A DNA stretch of 64,000 bases from Octopus sinensis (GCF_006345805.1 NC_043017.1:7440001-7504000); one strand, 5' to 3'; positions 37,940 through 51,198 are shown, counted from the first letter of the stretch. The notes: generated by a model not told the origin, from the sequence alone. Program-made: numbers and translations.

Positions 37940-39036
37940 TATCACAACAAATGACTTTCAGGGTCTTTCAGATTTTCTTTCTTATATTTCAAGAATTTCC
38001 CTTCAGGATCTGAAACTACCATCCCTAATAGCACCATCATTCTGAAGAAGAAACTCTGTACGTATCTCAGTTCCAAACTTGGCAATCTGCTTATTTTAGT
38101 ATAAGTAGTTACCATCCCAAAGACACCTCCTACCTCTAGTCGTATGGCTTCAACCTCCATTCATGCCACACACCTTGTAAACCTTGTAAATTTCTCTCTT
38201 CAAGTTTAGATATTGCTCAGCCTTTTCCCTTCCCTTTTCTATCTCCTGTTATCACACCCTCTGTTATCCCCCACATAGGGATGCTACATTAATCATCCAG
38301 TTCAGGCTTTCTTCCACCTCCTCAATAATAACAATATCTGGTCTTCTTTCCTGTACCTCATGATCACATTCAATGTTGCAGTCTCCAAAACTAACCTCGC
38401 TTTACCTGACACTTTCCCTGAGTCAGGCTGGTGTTCTCACCATTTTCCTCATCTGTTCAGCTTGTGTATGTATGTCTCTCATAATTTCCAGTATACAACC
38501 CTGGCAATGTTACCCTGCCCTTTGAGGGCGGCGAGCTGGCAGAAATGTTAGCACGCCAGGCAAGATGCTTTGCAGTATTTCATCTACCACCACGTTCTGA
38601 GTTCAAATTCCACCGAGGTCGACTTTGCCTTTCATCCTTTCGGGGTCGATTAAATAAGTACCAGTTACATACTGGGGAGTCGATGCAATCGATTTAATCC
38701 CTTTGTGTATCCTTGTTTGTCCCTTCTATGTTTAGACCCCTGTGGGCAATAAAGAAGTAAATGTTGCCTGCCTTCCCTTTGTATTCCCTTTGTGCCAATG
38801 TTATGCATTCTCTTAGACGATGGCTGATTGTTTCTCCTTTCATCTTATAGAGTCTACAGTGTTGTCAATGTTGTATTTGATGTAATTTCTTCTTAGAGAT
38901 CCCTCTTGTGCTGCACATGTATATATTTAGGCTTCTGTTTCAACTTTGACAAATGATCTTCTCATCCATTGCAATGATGTTTACTTATCTACTTTACATG
39001 ACATGTTTCTTATTGGCTTTGCAGTAATTTATCAAC
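37940..39036 (-). mobile_element. R4/Dong-like LINE remnant, copy 2 (interrupted by SINE B1)
   Basis: Minus strand: LQWMRRSFVKVETEA*..AAQEGSLRRNYIK..CRL..ETISH..EC..LAQREYK. Confidence 0.8.
38527..38759 (+). mobile_element. SINE family B1
   Basis: Full length; imperfect TSD AATGTT..CTGCC. Confidence 0.88.
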
Positions 39037-39049
39037 ATAATTATTATTA

Positions 39050-39600
39050 AGGCAAAGTCGTTAGCATGCCAGGCAAGATGCTTGGTAGCATTTCAGCTGT
39101 CTTTACATTCTGAGTTCAAATTCTGCTGAGGTTGACTTTACCTTTCATCATTTCGGAGTCAATGAATTAAGTACCAGTTGTGTACTGGGGTCGATTTAAT
39201 CGACTTACCCTGCTCCCTCAAAAATTGGGGCCTTGTGCCAAAATTTCAGACCTTGTGTCTTTAGTAGAAAGGATTGTTATTAAGATAGCAATCTGGCAGA
39301 ATCATTAGCACACCAGGTAAAATGCTTAGCGGCATTTTATCCATGTCTACATTCTGAGTTCAAATTCCACCAAGGTCGGCTTTGCCTTTCATTCTTTCAG
39401 GGTTAATAAAATAAGTACCAGTTGAACACTGGGGTCAGTGTAATTGACTTACTCCCTCCTCAGAACTTGCTGGCCTTGTGCCAAACTTTGAAACCATTGT
39501 TGTCATTACTGTTGTTGATATTATTTATAGCATTATAATTATCATTAAGGCATTGAGCTGGGAGAATCGTTAGCATCCGGGGCGAAATGCATTGTGGGAT
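39050..39600 (+). mobile_element. head-to-tail SINE B2 array (two copies plus a head)
   Basis: Homology; copies separated by (TTA)-like tails. Confidence 0.8.
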
Positions 39601-40489
39601 GCAGAGAGCAAATCGAGGCGAGTGAGACAAGACATCTTGGTCGTCCGCTGCATCTGTCTCCATCCCAAGTCACCTTGACCTGGTCTTGTTATTGGATTGA
39701 AAATGGTCACAGATGAGATAATGAGGTTGACAGCACACAACTTTTCTTCACTTTCAACATGACAAGATGGTCTTAATCACTCCGACAGATGACCATCATG
39801 ATCATGTGATTATATATATGTATACATCATTTCTCCAACTCTTATCATTTAATCGTACATTAGCTTCATATCAAATAATTAACTTTATGACAGATCAATA
39901 CTGCTATCCTATAAATATTCATACGTATGTGGTATTTAATATCCTGTTAATATTCTGATTGATAAAATATAAAAGAAAAAAAGCAAAAAAAAAAACATAC
40001 CAGTGAAGTACAAAGAGTTGATATAATCCAAATATACTCTTCCCACAAGTTTGATATTGTGTTTTATGTGATCAATCAATTAAACATCACCACCACCAAC
40101 ACCATCATCATCATCATCATTTTGTGTCCAGTTTTTCCATGCTTGCATGGATTGGTTGGGTCTTTTTCAGGTACAGCATTTCATTACATGTTGCATTTCA
40201 TTGCATGTCACATTCCATCATTATCTCCAACATGAAGCATTTGCCTTTCATCCTTTCAGGGTCAATTAAATAAGTACCAGTTATGCACTGGGGTTGATGT
40301 AATCGACTTAATCCATTTGTCTGTCCTTGTTTGTCCCATCTGTGTGTAGCCCCTTGTGGGCAGTAAAGAAATAAGAATAATGTGAATGCCAAAGGGTTAA
40401 TCTTCTCTGCTGAATTCTTAAGTATGACAAACTGAGTCTCTGGATATTATCTGACAATAATCAGATAATATCCAGATATTATCTGATAT

Positions 40490-40703
40490 TATCGCTCGTG
40501 GTCTACCCCATAAGTCTCCTACCTGTTGGCTTAACTTGTAGAATCTATTTTGTAATCCTTTCCTGTGACATTCTAATCACATGTCCAAAGAACTGGAACT
40601 GTGACCTCTCATTGCAGAGAAGTGGTGTCTCAGCTTAGAGAGACTCCCTGATCTCCCTGTTGAGTAACATCATACCAGAGACCCTTCAAAGAAACCCTAT
40701 TTC
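40490..40703 (-). mobile_element. Rex3/Expander-like RTE remnant
   Basis: Homologous to about 16115-16330. Confidence 0.7.
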
Positions 40704-41284
40704 ATCATCATCACCATCATCATTGTCATCATCCTGTGTGTGTGTATATATGACAGGCTTCGTTCAGTTTCCATTTACCAAATCCGCTCATAAGGCTTTA
40801 GTCAACCCAAAACCAATGTAGAAGACACTTGCCCAAGGTACTACTTAGTGGGACTGAACTCAAGACCATGTGATTGGAAAGCAAGCTTCTTACCACACCG
40901 CCAATCCTGTGCATGAAAACCAAACTGAAGACAACAGGTTTGGCGCTTTTTCACCAGCCTCTTCTCTTCTGAAGATCAATTGCCAGAATTGGTGCATTGC
41001 CGCGCCAGCACCTGAAAAAAATCCAGCATCCAATTCATCTCCCTGCTTCACATCAGAGGGAGTAATTAGATTACAAAAAAGAAACATGAATATTAAATGA
41101 GTAAAATTGCCCTATCATGATTGAAGTGTCTGAAAATTAATATAATTAATATCTGTTAATAATTAATACTAACGTAATTGATATTATAGCTTGAATCTCT
41201 TTAGAAACGGTTCTGCTTTCCAAATGCCATTATTAGCATTGTTAGAACTATAACTGTTGTTGTTGTTGTTTGTTGATCTTGAGC

Positions 41285-41523
41285 ATCAACAACCACCACC
41301 ACCATACCACCATCACCACCACCATCACCACCATCACCATCACCACCATCACCACCGCCACCATCACCACTGCCACCATCACCACCATCACCACTGCCAC
41401 CATCACCACCACCATCACCACTGCCGCCACCACCACCATCACCACCACCATCATCACCATCACAACCACCACCATCACCACCATCACCACCACCGCCACC
41501 ATCACCACCACCACCACCATCAT
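41285..41523. repeat. (CAC/CAT)n trinucleotide tract
   Basis: Direct inspection. Confidence 0.95.
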
Positions 41524-42194
41524 TCTCTTTTAAAGGTCTTTCATAACCAGTTTTTTTAAACCAAACTGGTTATTTCCATTCATAATTTTTCCATAAATGG
41601 TTTGTACTACACATTCTACTCGTCATTGTTTTTTTTAGCTAGTATTAGCCATCTTGGCCAAGACCAGGCTGGAGTACTGTCTATTATGCACAAAAAACAA
41701 AATGAGAGAGAGAGAGAGAGGTGGGGGAAGGGAGATTAGGGGTGGTGGTAGAAGTGTTACAGTATTGATTGATTTTCAAAGAGATCTTTCATAACTTTTA
41801 TTGATTGAATTACAGAGAAATAAAAATATTTCTATTTTCTTCTTTTTTTGTTTTTGTTGAATGGCAATGCCCCAGCATGGCCACAACACTTGAGCTGAAA
41901 ATAGTAAAAGAATAAAATAATGCATTTTATATTTGTCGTTGCTGTGGTTCACTATCACCCCCACCCGCCTCCACTCCAGTGTTGTTTACTACTGCACCCC
42001 TTCCTACTTCAGTATAGTTAGACATTCTTGTTATTGCTTTTATTGTCCAGCATCACATACAGACACACACACACCTCAGTAAGGTCAGCTGTTATTACTA
42101 TTGTTGTTGTCCAGTATCACCCACCTCACTATGACCCATCTCTCACACCTCATTATGGCCACTCATTGTTTGCTTTTGTTGTTGTTGTTGTTGT

Positions 42195-42768
42195 TGCTTC
42201 CCAACCACATGGTTCCAGGTTCAGTCCCACTGCATGGCATCTTGGGCAAGTGTCTTTTACTATAGTTTTGGGCCGACCGAAACCTTATGAGCAGATTTCG
42301 TGGACAGAAACTGAAAGAAGCCCATTATGTGTGCGGCGAGCTGGCAGAAACGTTAGCACGCCGGGCAAAATGCTTAGCGGTATTTCGTCTGCCATTACGT
42401 TGTGAGTTCAAATTCCGCCGAGGTTGACTTTGCTTTTCATCCTTTCGGGGTCGATAAATTAAGTACCAGTTACGCACTGGGTTCGATGTAATCGACTTAA
42501 TACCTATGTCTGTCCTTGTTCGTCCCCTCTGTGTTTAGCCCCTTGTGGGTAATAAAGAAATATATGTGTGTGTGTGTGTGTGTGTCCCATCACTGCTTGA
42601 CAACTGGTGTTGGTGTGTTTATGTCCCTATAACTTAGTTTGGCAAAAGAGAATGAAAGAATAAGTACCTGGCTTTAAAAAAAATAAGTATTGGTTTGATT
42701 TGTTTGACTAAAAATTATTCGAGACACTGCCCCAGCATGGCCACAGTCTAATGACTGAAACAAGTAAC
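42195..42768 (+). mobile_element. SINE A with SINE B1 (42333-42562) nested in its internal microsatellite
   Basis: TATGTGTG on both sides of the B1 copy. Confidence 0.88.
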
Positions 42769-42827
42769 AGATGTGTGTGTCTGTTTGGACACATTCCTGT
42801 ATGTCTATCCGCATCCATGTATATGTA

Positions 42828-42882
<55 letters not shown>

Positions 42883-43154
42883 GTGTATATATGTATGTGT
42901 GTATGTGCATGTCTGTGTGTGTGTGTGTGTGGCTGTTTGCCTGTCTATTAAATTTATTCTGTTTCTTGTTATGCAATCATTTTTAACATTTTAGTCTATT
43001 TATGAAATTATGAAATTCTAGAATGTTCCATCTCTGTGTGTGTGAATATGTGTACGATTGTGAGTCTAAGCGTCTGCATACATCTCTGAGTATGTGTATA
43101 TGTGTGTGTGTGGGGAGGGGTTGTGGAGTTGTTTGTCAGCTAAATTTGCACTTT

Positions 43155-43398
43155 ATTCACCACCACTATGACCATCACCACCATCGTCATCATCATTATC
43201 ATCATCATAATCATCAACCATCATCATCAACCATCATCATCATCATCAACCATCATCATCAACCATCATCATTATCATCAACCATCATCATCATCATCAT
43301 CATCAACCATCATCATCATCATCATCATAATCATCAACCATCATCATCATCAACCATCATCATCATCATCATCATCATTATCAACCATCATCATCATC

Positions 43399-43430
<32 letters not shown>

Positions 43431-43594
43431 CATCATTAATCATCAACCATCATCATCATCATCATCATAATCATCAACCATCATCATCATCATCATCATA
43501 ATCATCAACCATCATCATCATCATCATCATAATCATCAACCATCATCATCATCATCATCATAATCATCAACCATCATCATCATCATCATCATCA
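43155..43594. repeat. (CAT)n tract with a higher-order AATCATCAAC punctuation
   Basis: Direct inspection. Confidence 0.95.
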
Positions 43595-43967
43595 TGGTTG
43601 TGGGTTAGAAAGTTGGATGAAATGCTTTGCTGTATTTTTTTTTTTTTTTAGTTTTTGTTTTTGCTTTTTTTTTGTCTTTTGTTCCATTTTCTGGGCTCAA
43701 ATTTTGTCGCGATCAAATTCAACTTCCCATCCGTCTGAAGGTAATCAAATAAAGTACCGGTTGAGTACTGAGGTTGATATAATCCCCCAGCCCTTCCCTT
43801 TGCTCCCTAAAATTGCAGTCTTTCCTCCTGCTCCTTACATTCTGAGTTCAAGTCTCACAAAGGTTGCCTCTACATTTCATTCCTCCTGTATTGATAAAAT
43901 ATGTCCCAGTCAACTACTTGGGTTGATGTCATCAACTAACACCACCACCACCACAACCACCATCATT

Positions 43968-44160
43968 ATCATCATCATCAAACGTTCATTTTCCATGCTG
44001 GCATGGGTTGGACAGTTTGACAGGAGCTGACCAGCTGAAGAGCCGCTTGGGCTCTGTGTCTGTTTTGGCATGGTTTCTACAACTGGATGCTCTTCCTGTC
44101 ACCAACCACTTTACAGAGTGTATCAGGTGCTTTTATGCAGCACATGCACTGGCATGGACT
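43968..44160 (-). mobile_element. family D
   Basis: Homology. Confidence 0.8.
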
Positions 44161-44389
44161 CTTTTTATGGGGCACCGGGCCTGTAAGCCTGCAAGGTTAG
44201 AAGCACTCACCTAAGGGTACACACCTGTATTCAAGGACAACTATGATTTCACTTAGCTTGATGTGTCTTCTCAAGCACAGCAAAGGAAACTGGCAGAAGT
44301 CTCGCTCCCTTGTTATCCTCTTTGTGAGGCCCTAAAAACTCATGGCTTTGTGCCTGAATCAGAAAAATCATCATTGTTTTACGTCCACT

Positions 44390-44760
44390 TTACATTCTGA
44401 GTTCAAATTCCACTGAGGTTGACTTTGCCTTTCATCCTTTCAGGGTCAATAAATTAAGTACCAGTTAAACACAATTGGGGTCGATGTGACTAGACCCCCT
44501 CCCCAAAATTTCAGGCCTTGTGCCTATTGTAGAAAGGATTATTATTATTATTATTAAGGTGGTGAGCTGGCAGAATCATTAGCACGTTGGGCAAAATGCT
44601 TAGCAGCATTTCATTCTGAGTTCTAATTCCACCGAGGTCAGTTTTGCTTTTTATTCTTTCAGGGTCAATGAAATAGATACCAGTTATGCACTGGGCTTGA
44701 TGTAATTTACTAACCCTCTCTTCCAAAATTTCAGCCCTTGTGCCTTTAGTAGAAAGGATT
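44390..44760 (+). mobile_element. two head-to-tail SINE B2 copies with (ATT)n tails
   Basis: GTAGAAAGGATT(ATT)n twice. Confidence 0.82.
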
Positions 44761-44808
44761 ATTATTAGTATTCTATTATTATTGTTGTTATTATTATTAT
44801 TATTATTA

Positions 44809-44854
<46 letters not shown>

Positions 44855-45472
44855 TACTACTTACTTCCTATTATGACCATTATTATTGCTATTATTGTTG
44901 TTGCTGTTTTTCTTGTTGTTATGGTTTAGTCTTTACCCCGAGTAATTAAGTTTAACATTTTAGTGTAGTTATGAAATTCCAGAACGTTCCATCTTGGTTG
45001 TTGTGTCATCCTTGGTAAAGGTCAGTTGATGCTGAGATTAAAGAGATAAAGTTTAGGAACTGATGCAAGAGATAAACTGATGAATTGGTGAACTGGTCAC
45101 CTCTGCCATCATCACCATCATCATCATCATCATCAGAGTAATGGTGATGAGAATAAAGATGATGATGATGATGGTGATTATAAGGTTGACTTTCTTAGTA
45201 AAAGTACTACTGGCAGCATTTCATGGGATTGTCAACATGTAATTATAGTTGTGGTGGTGGTGGTGGTGGTGGATGTAGTGGTGGTGGTGGTGGTAGCTGT
45301 TGTTATTGTTGGGGTATAGTGTTTGATGTGGTGGTAGTGGTAGTATTAGCAGTGCTGATGGTTTAGCCCCCACCCCCACGTGGTTAGCTCCAATTGAACA
45401 GACCTATAATCAAAGGCATTCCAACAATGACCATCTCAACTTGTTCCTGCATACAAGACACCCAGAGCAATA

Positions 45473-45513
<41 letters not shown>

Positions 45514-45897
45514 TAAACAAACTTATGAGTGCTGCATGTGTTGGTAATCTACAGAAAATAAAGGAATTCTCAAACACGGGAAGACTGTGAGGACAGTTAA
45601 GAGAATCGGATAAATACCCTTTTAGAAGTTGGGAAAAAAGTGGCCACAAGTCTTTACAAGGAATTGAACCCAACACCACACACACAAATATATAAGTAGT
45701 ATGTATTTGTGTATGCATGTATATTCATGTATGCATATTTCAATTCAATATATCCTTTCCTTATTTAAGACAGTAAGGCAATGTAATATGAGGGAGATTT
45801 GGCTACTGTCTTTTGAAAGTCAAGCGACCACACAGGAACTCCCTCTTTAGATCATAAACTATGTAGTCTATAACAGAGGTCACTGGTGTATTTAATT

Positions 45898-46223
45898 GAG
45901 GAGACACCCTTCGGTCATGAATGACCATGGGATTGCACCTAGAAAGTTACTCTCCGAGGCACAAGTCTGGGCAAGGTTGTTTATGGAAGGCATACCAGCC
46001 TCACCTCTCCACACCATTGATGTTATCCAAGGGAAAGGCAAAGGGGCCGATACAGCTTTGAACCAGTGACATCGCAACTCATTTCTACAGCTGAGTTAAC
46101 TGTAACAACGTGAAATAAAGTGTCTTGCTCAAGAACACAACACACAGCCCGGTCCGGGAATCGAACTCACAACCTCATGATCGTAAACTCGACACTCTAA
46201 CCACTGAGCCATGCACCTTCCCA
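45898..46223 (-). mobile_element. SINE family C1
   Basis: TSD GTATTTAATT at 45888-45897 and 46224-46233. Confidence 0.9.
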
Positions 46224-46669
46224 GTATTTAATTATAATAATGATAATTAATGTCTCTTTTACTGAGTTCAGTTTTTCTTTTATATAACAGTCTGACACTT
46301 CTGTGGTATTCCTTTCTTATCAACCTGTTGTCGCTTGGCATTTACATCTTCTTCAAATTATTTGTATGACTGGTTATGTTCTAATTCTCTTATGTCAATA
46401 TCTGTGTCTAATTTAACAGTTTTGGTTTTAATTAATAATTCAATCTTTCTTCGTGTAATCTTCCCACACTTTTGCTGTCTATGCTTCACCTCACCTTAAC
46501 CCTCATGTATCACCGCTGAATTCATTCTCAAATAGAATATCAAAAGGTTCTCGAATGTATAAGAATAAAAAGAAAATAGAAGTTTTGATCTAAATAGTCT
46601 TCACTGTGCTTTTATTATTGGGCAGGTCTCAGTCAGTAGATTCTACATCATGCTTGGATAGATTTCTTT

Positions 46670-47035
46670 AATTCTTTTGTTACTGTATTTCTGTTAAAAC
46701 ACCTTGCCTTTGGTTTCACTAATTTTGAAAATAACAAAGAATTTAGTAAAATAAGGTTGTTGTTATTAAGCTGGTGTTTGGAACATTAACTACCAAGAAA
46801 TTTTGGTGGAAGATTTTAATTTAGAACACTTTAAAACAAGACATTTCTATCACAGAACCAGGCTTGGTCTAAAGTGGTTCAATATCAGTCTGGTGTCTGG
46901 AACATAGATTAACAGGAAATTTTATTGGAGAGTTTTTTTAATTCGGATCTCTTCAACGCTTTTGTTGTTCTATTTCTGTTTAAATACTCTACACTTCTTT
47001 CAATAAATTTTGAAAAATAATGAAGAATTTAGCAA
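46670..47035. mobile_element. diverged P2-like MITE plus a partial second copy
   Basis: Homology to 27432-27647. Confidence 0.6.
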
Positions 47036-47042
47036 CATAGTA

Positions 47043-47306
47043 TGCCGCCTGACTGGCGTCCGTGTCGATGATATGTAAAAGCACCAACCGATCGTGGCTG
47101 TTTGTCAGCCTTGTCTGGCCCCTGTGCCGGTGGCATGTGAAAAGCACTCACTACACTCACAGAGTGGTTGGCATTAGGAAGGGCATCCAGCTGCAGAAAC
47201 ACTGCCAGATCAGACTGGAGCCTGGTGCAGCCTCCTGGCTTCCCAGACCCCGGTCGAACCGTCCAACCCATGCCAGCATGGAGAACGGACGTTAAATGAT
47301 GATGAT
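47043..47306 (+). mobile_element. family D, young
   Basis: Near-identical to 14230-14430. Confidence 0.85.
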
Positions 47307-47546
47307 GTTTGGGACATAAATTGACCCGAAAGGATGAAATGCAGAGTTGATCTCAGTAAGATTTGAACTCAAGATGTGAAGAGCCATTATCCATTCATCA
47401 AGTCATTTCGTCCTATGCTCTCATGATTTGATATGTGTATAGGTGTGTGTATCTCAGTATGTACGTGTGTGTGTGTGTGAGTTTCTGTATGTACGTGTGT
47501 GTGTGTGAGTCTCTGTATTTACATGTGTGTGTGTGTTGTGTGGTGT

Positions 47547-47790
47547 GTGAAGATACACGGCTTTATGATTAAGGTGTCTGGCTTATGATCATAAGGTCGT
47601 AAGTTCAATTCCCGGCGATGCATGTCCTTGAGCAAGACACTTTATTTCACTTTGCTCCAGTCTACTCAGCTGGCAAAAATGAATTGTACCAGTAATTCAA
47701 AGAGGTCAGCCTTGTCACATTCTGTGTCATGCTGAATCTCCCTGAGAACATCATTGAGAGTACACGTGTCTGTGGTGTCCTCAGCCACAT
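47547..47790 (+). mobile_element. SINE family C2, 3' truncated
   Basis: Homology to 8546-8873. Confidence 0.8.
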
Positions 47791-47836
47791 CAGTTTCAAG
47801 ATCAAATCTGGGTGTCTCTCTGTGTATTATCTCTGT

Positions 47837-48304
47837 CACTGGCATAGCTAGAGTGTGTGCCACTCACGGAAGCCCTTGATCCCCCCCCCACACACATCAG
47901 GCCCCTAAATCTATACAAGCTTATGCAGCAGATCCAAAAGTGCCACCCCTATAAAAGTGTTTGCTTTGGGTGGTCCCTGCTGCACTGGCACCCCCACTTC
48001 ACTGACCCCCCCTCCTCACTGGCACCCCCACTTCACTGACCCCCCCTCCTTCACTGGCACCCCCACTTCGCTGACCCCCCTCCACTAGCACCCCCACTTC
48101 GCTGACCCCCCCTCCTTCACTGGCACCCCCACTTCACTGATCCCCCTCCTTTGCTGGCACCCCCACTTCGCTGACTCCCCTCCTTCACTGGCACCGCCAC
48201 TTCACTGACCCCCCCTCCTTCACTGGCACCCCCACTTCGCTGACCCCCCCTCCTCCATGGCACCCCCACTTCGCTGACCCCCTCCCCTCCTGGTGATGCT
48301 ACTG
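47837..48304. mobile_element. hAT-like MITE carrying an approximately 34-bp C-rich minisatellite (9 units, 47983-48288)
   Basis: Termini CACTGGCATAGC / GTGATGCTACTG; perfect 8-bp TSD ATCTCTGT at 47829-47836 and 48305-48312. Confidence 0.85.
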
Positions 48305-48759
48305 ATCTCTGTGTGTCCCTATATGTGTGTGTATCTGTGTGTGCCTGTATGTATGTATGTGTATATGTCTACTTGTGTGTATCTGTATGCGTCTTTTGTA
48401 TGTGGGTCTGTGAGTCTTTGTCCATGCGTATCTTTGTGTGTCTGTCCATGAACCGTTTTGGGTGTTACTTTGGTCACATGACACTCCGTATAATCAACGA
48501 TGGCTATTTTCTTTTCGTTTCTCTTGGAACACAGCAACATCACAGAAATCACTCTCACACAATTCCAATTAACGGAACAGAACAGAACATCTTTACAAAT
48601 TTGTTTTATAGATTATTTTCGTTTGCTTATTTATTAATTTCTATATTTTGTTTCTCTTGCCAAAAGCTGAGAAATATATTTTGCTCCTAGTTATGACCAC
48701 CACTAATAGTACATAACAATTAACCTAATTTAATAAGAAACAAACATAATTATTTTGTT

Positions 48760-49225
48760 GGACATGATTTTTTTTTAATATACTGATCGTCCTAAATCTA
48801 ATTAATAACATGAATGCAAAGAGAAGGGGCAAAGATAGCACTTACTCAATGGCTAGTATTATTTTAATCATTTTGGTAGTTAAGGGAGATAACTATGCAT
48901 GTGTTCTGGTATTGTTAAACCTCGTCAGTAATGCATACATTTCATTGCACTTGCTGGAGAAGTGATAATAGAATCATTCAGGAATATTGCAGTAATGGAC
49001 CATTTTTAGGGGAGAAAAATCAAATTAACATTTTTTTTTAACATACTGATCTTCAAAAATTTAATTTAAACCACAAGTACAAAGATGAAGGAAAAAGATG
49101 CATTAGCTCACTGGCTAGTATTATTTTGATCATTTCAACAAACAAAGGAGACAATCATGCACATGTTTCAGTCTTATCAAGCTTCATCTGCAAAGTATTA
49201 TGCATGCTAAAGTAGTGATAAAGTC
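48760..49225 (-). repeat. diverged 262-bp tandem dimer, each unit with an HHR-like motif (retrozyme-like)
   Basis: GGCTAGTATTATTTT at 48851 and 49113; minus-strand CTGACGA-GGT[8]ACC-agaac (48894-48937) and CaGATGA-AG..CT-GAAACATGT (49155-49200). Confidence 0.6.
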
Positions 49226-49289
49226 TCTAAGTATTAGACGGGGGAAAATTAATATATTTAGTAAAAAGATCAAATTACTGAGATTAATA

Positions 49290-49470
49290 AGGTGGCAAGC
49301 TGGCAGAATCATTAGTGGCATTTCTTCCATCTTTACGTTCTGAGTTCAAATTCTGCCAAAGTCAGCTTTGCCTTTCATCCTTTCAGGGCAGATAAAGTAA
49401 GTACCAGTTGAACACTGGGGTCAATGTAATCAACTTCCCTGAAACTGTTGACCTTGAGCCAAAATTTGAC
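49290..49470 (+). mobile_element. SINE family B2
   Basis: Homology. Confidence 0.75.
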
Positions 49471-49574
49471 ATCAAATTACTTAGGTTAATAATGTAGAAG
49501 TGCCCTCTGCAAGAAAAATCAATAGTTAAGTTGGAATGAATTTATTTAATATTGTTATATTTTGAGATTCTTTT

Positions 49575-49885
49575 GTTCTTTTATTTATTTCAGTCATTTG
49601 ACTGTGGCCATGCTGAAGCCTTGCCTTTTAGTCAAAGACATTGACCCCAGGACTTATTCTTTGTAAGCCTAGTACTTACTCTATCGGTCTCTTTTACCGA
49701 AGTGCTAGGTTACGGGGACATAAACACACCAACATCGGTTGTCAAGCGATGGTGGAGGGACAATCACGGACACACAAACATATACACACATGCACACACA
49801 CATATATATATATGCGGCAGGCTTCTTTCAGTTTCTTCCAGTGCTCCAGCATGGCCGAGGTCTAATGGCTGAAACAAATAAAAGA
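49575..49885 (-). mobile_element. SINE A partial (minus) plus an inverted tail fragment (49838-49885)
   Basis: Homology. Confidence 0.75.
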
Positions 49886-50981
49886 CGAAAGATATTATGC
49901 TTTGTAAGATATTAAATTCTTCAATAAAGATTTGTTAGCTAACAAGACTAATTCTACATAAGTATACATCTCTATGTTCAAAGTGTTTAGAATATTCTAA
50001 TAATAGAAATGATTTAATTCATGGGATTCTATGGGAAGATTTTGTAAAGTCTATAGAACGTATTTTCATTTCCATTTTGAATAAATGTTTTATTTTTAAT
50101 TTTATTTTATCTTTTTTTTTTTTAGTAACTTTATTATTCCATTTGCTTAACTCTCTAAGTTTATTCAAATAATGTAAACTGGTTATTCCTGCTCTGTCAG
50201 TTAACTTTAAACCAAAGACTTTGGTCTCTGTGTGTTTGAGTGCTGTCTTTTCTGGGGGGTTTTTTTTTCGCTACCAAAATCCTGCTTCCTGCATAAACTT
50301 CAAAAGACAAATCAGATTTTCTATAATCTATGGATTACATATGTGATCTTTGATCACTTAACACCGCATACAATAATTTCATTTCATGAACTTTTTATGT
50401 TGTTATTCTATCTGCTAGAAACAACAGCTAAGTCTCCCTTTAAATTACAACCCATTGTCTTAAAGAAAAATGGAACGCCACAATGGAAAACATCTTGTAG
50501 ATATATCATCATTATTTAACGTCCATGTTCCATGCTAATGTTTTTAAGGGGGAAGGTGAGGTTAGCATGGATAGACAAAGTGTCAAATGACCAGGGCTTT
50601 GTAAATTGGAAACTGCTTCATGAGATAAGGGCCTAGCAACTGAGAGTTTTTGGTCATGTGATGAAGAAAGGGGTCTTGGAGAATTTAGCAATCACCAGAA
50701 AGATTGAAGGGGACAGGAGAAGGATGATATGAATGTTGAGCTTGATAAACAGGCAGGAAGAAAGAACAGAGAATCGTGGTAGGACATGATCGCCTATGTC
50801 CTACATTCTGGGCATGGCACCTAAAGAGAGAGAGAGAGTACCATGCTAGCCAGGGTTGGATCATTTGGCAGGGCCTGAGAGATTCAAGGACTACATAATG
50901 CTCCAGTGTATGTGTTGGCATGGTTTCTATGGCTGGAGGCCCTTCCTAATGCCAGCCACTTTATAGCATGTACTTCATGCT

Positions 50982-51198
50982 TTAACCTCTATCAAACATA
51001 ATGCTCATTCGCTTATTCATTCAAATTGGTTTGAATAAATCATGCATTATATTGTAGCTTTGAGATTTCAGTGGTGTGATTGTATATTTTTAGAATGACA
51101 TTGTAGGGTAGGTGTAAGAAGTGAGATCTGGCCAGTCTGAACATAAAACAGGTAGATATTTGGGACGAACATGGCTGGTTTAAACACTAAAGGATCAA
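50982..51198. mobile_element. P1 MITE, diverged
   Basis: Homology. Confidence 0.65.

Noticed and set aside
41248-43470. Poly-His, poly-Thr and poly-Val ORFs
   Set aside because: Trinucleotide microsatellites open in several frames; no splice or coding context.
47983-48288. CRISPR-like array
   Set aside because: Contiguous tandem units without unique spacers; eukaryotic context and no cas genes.
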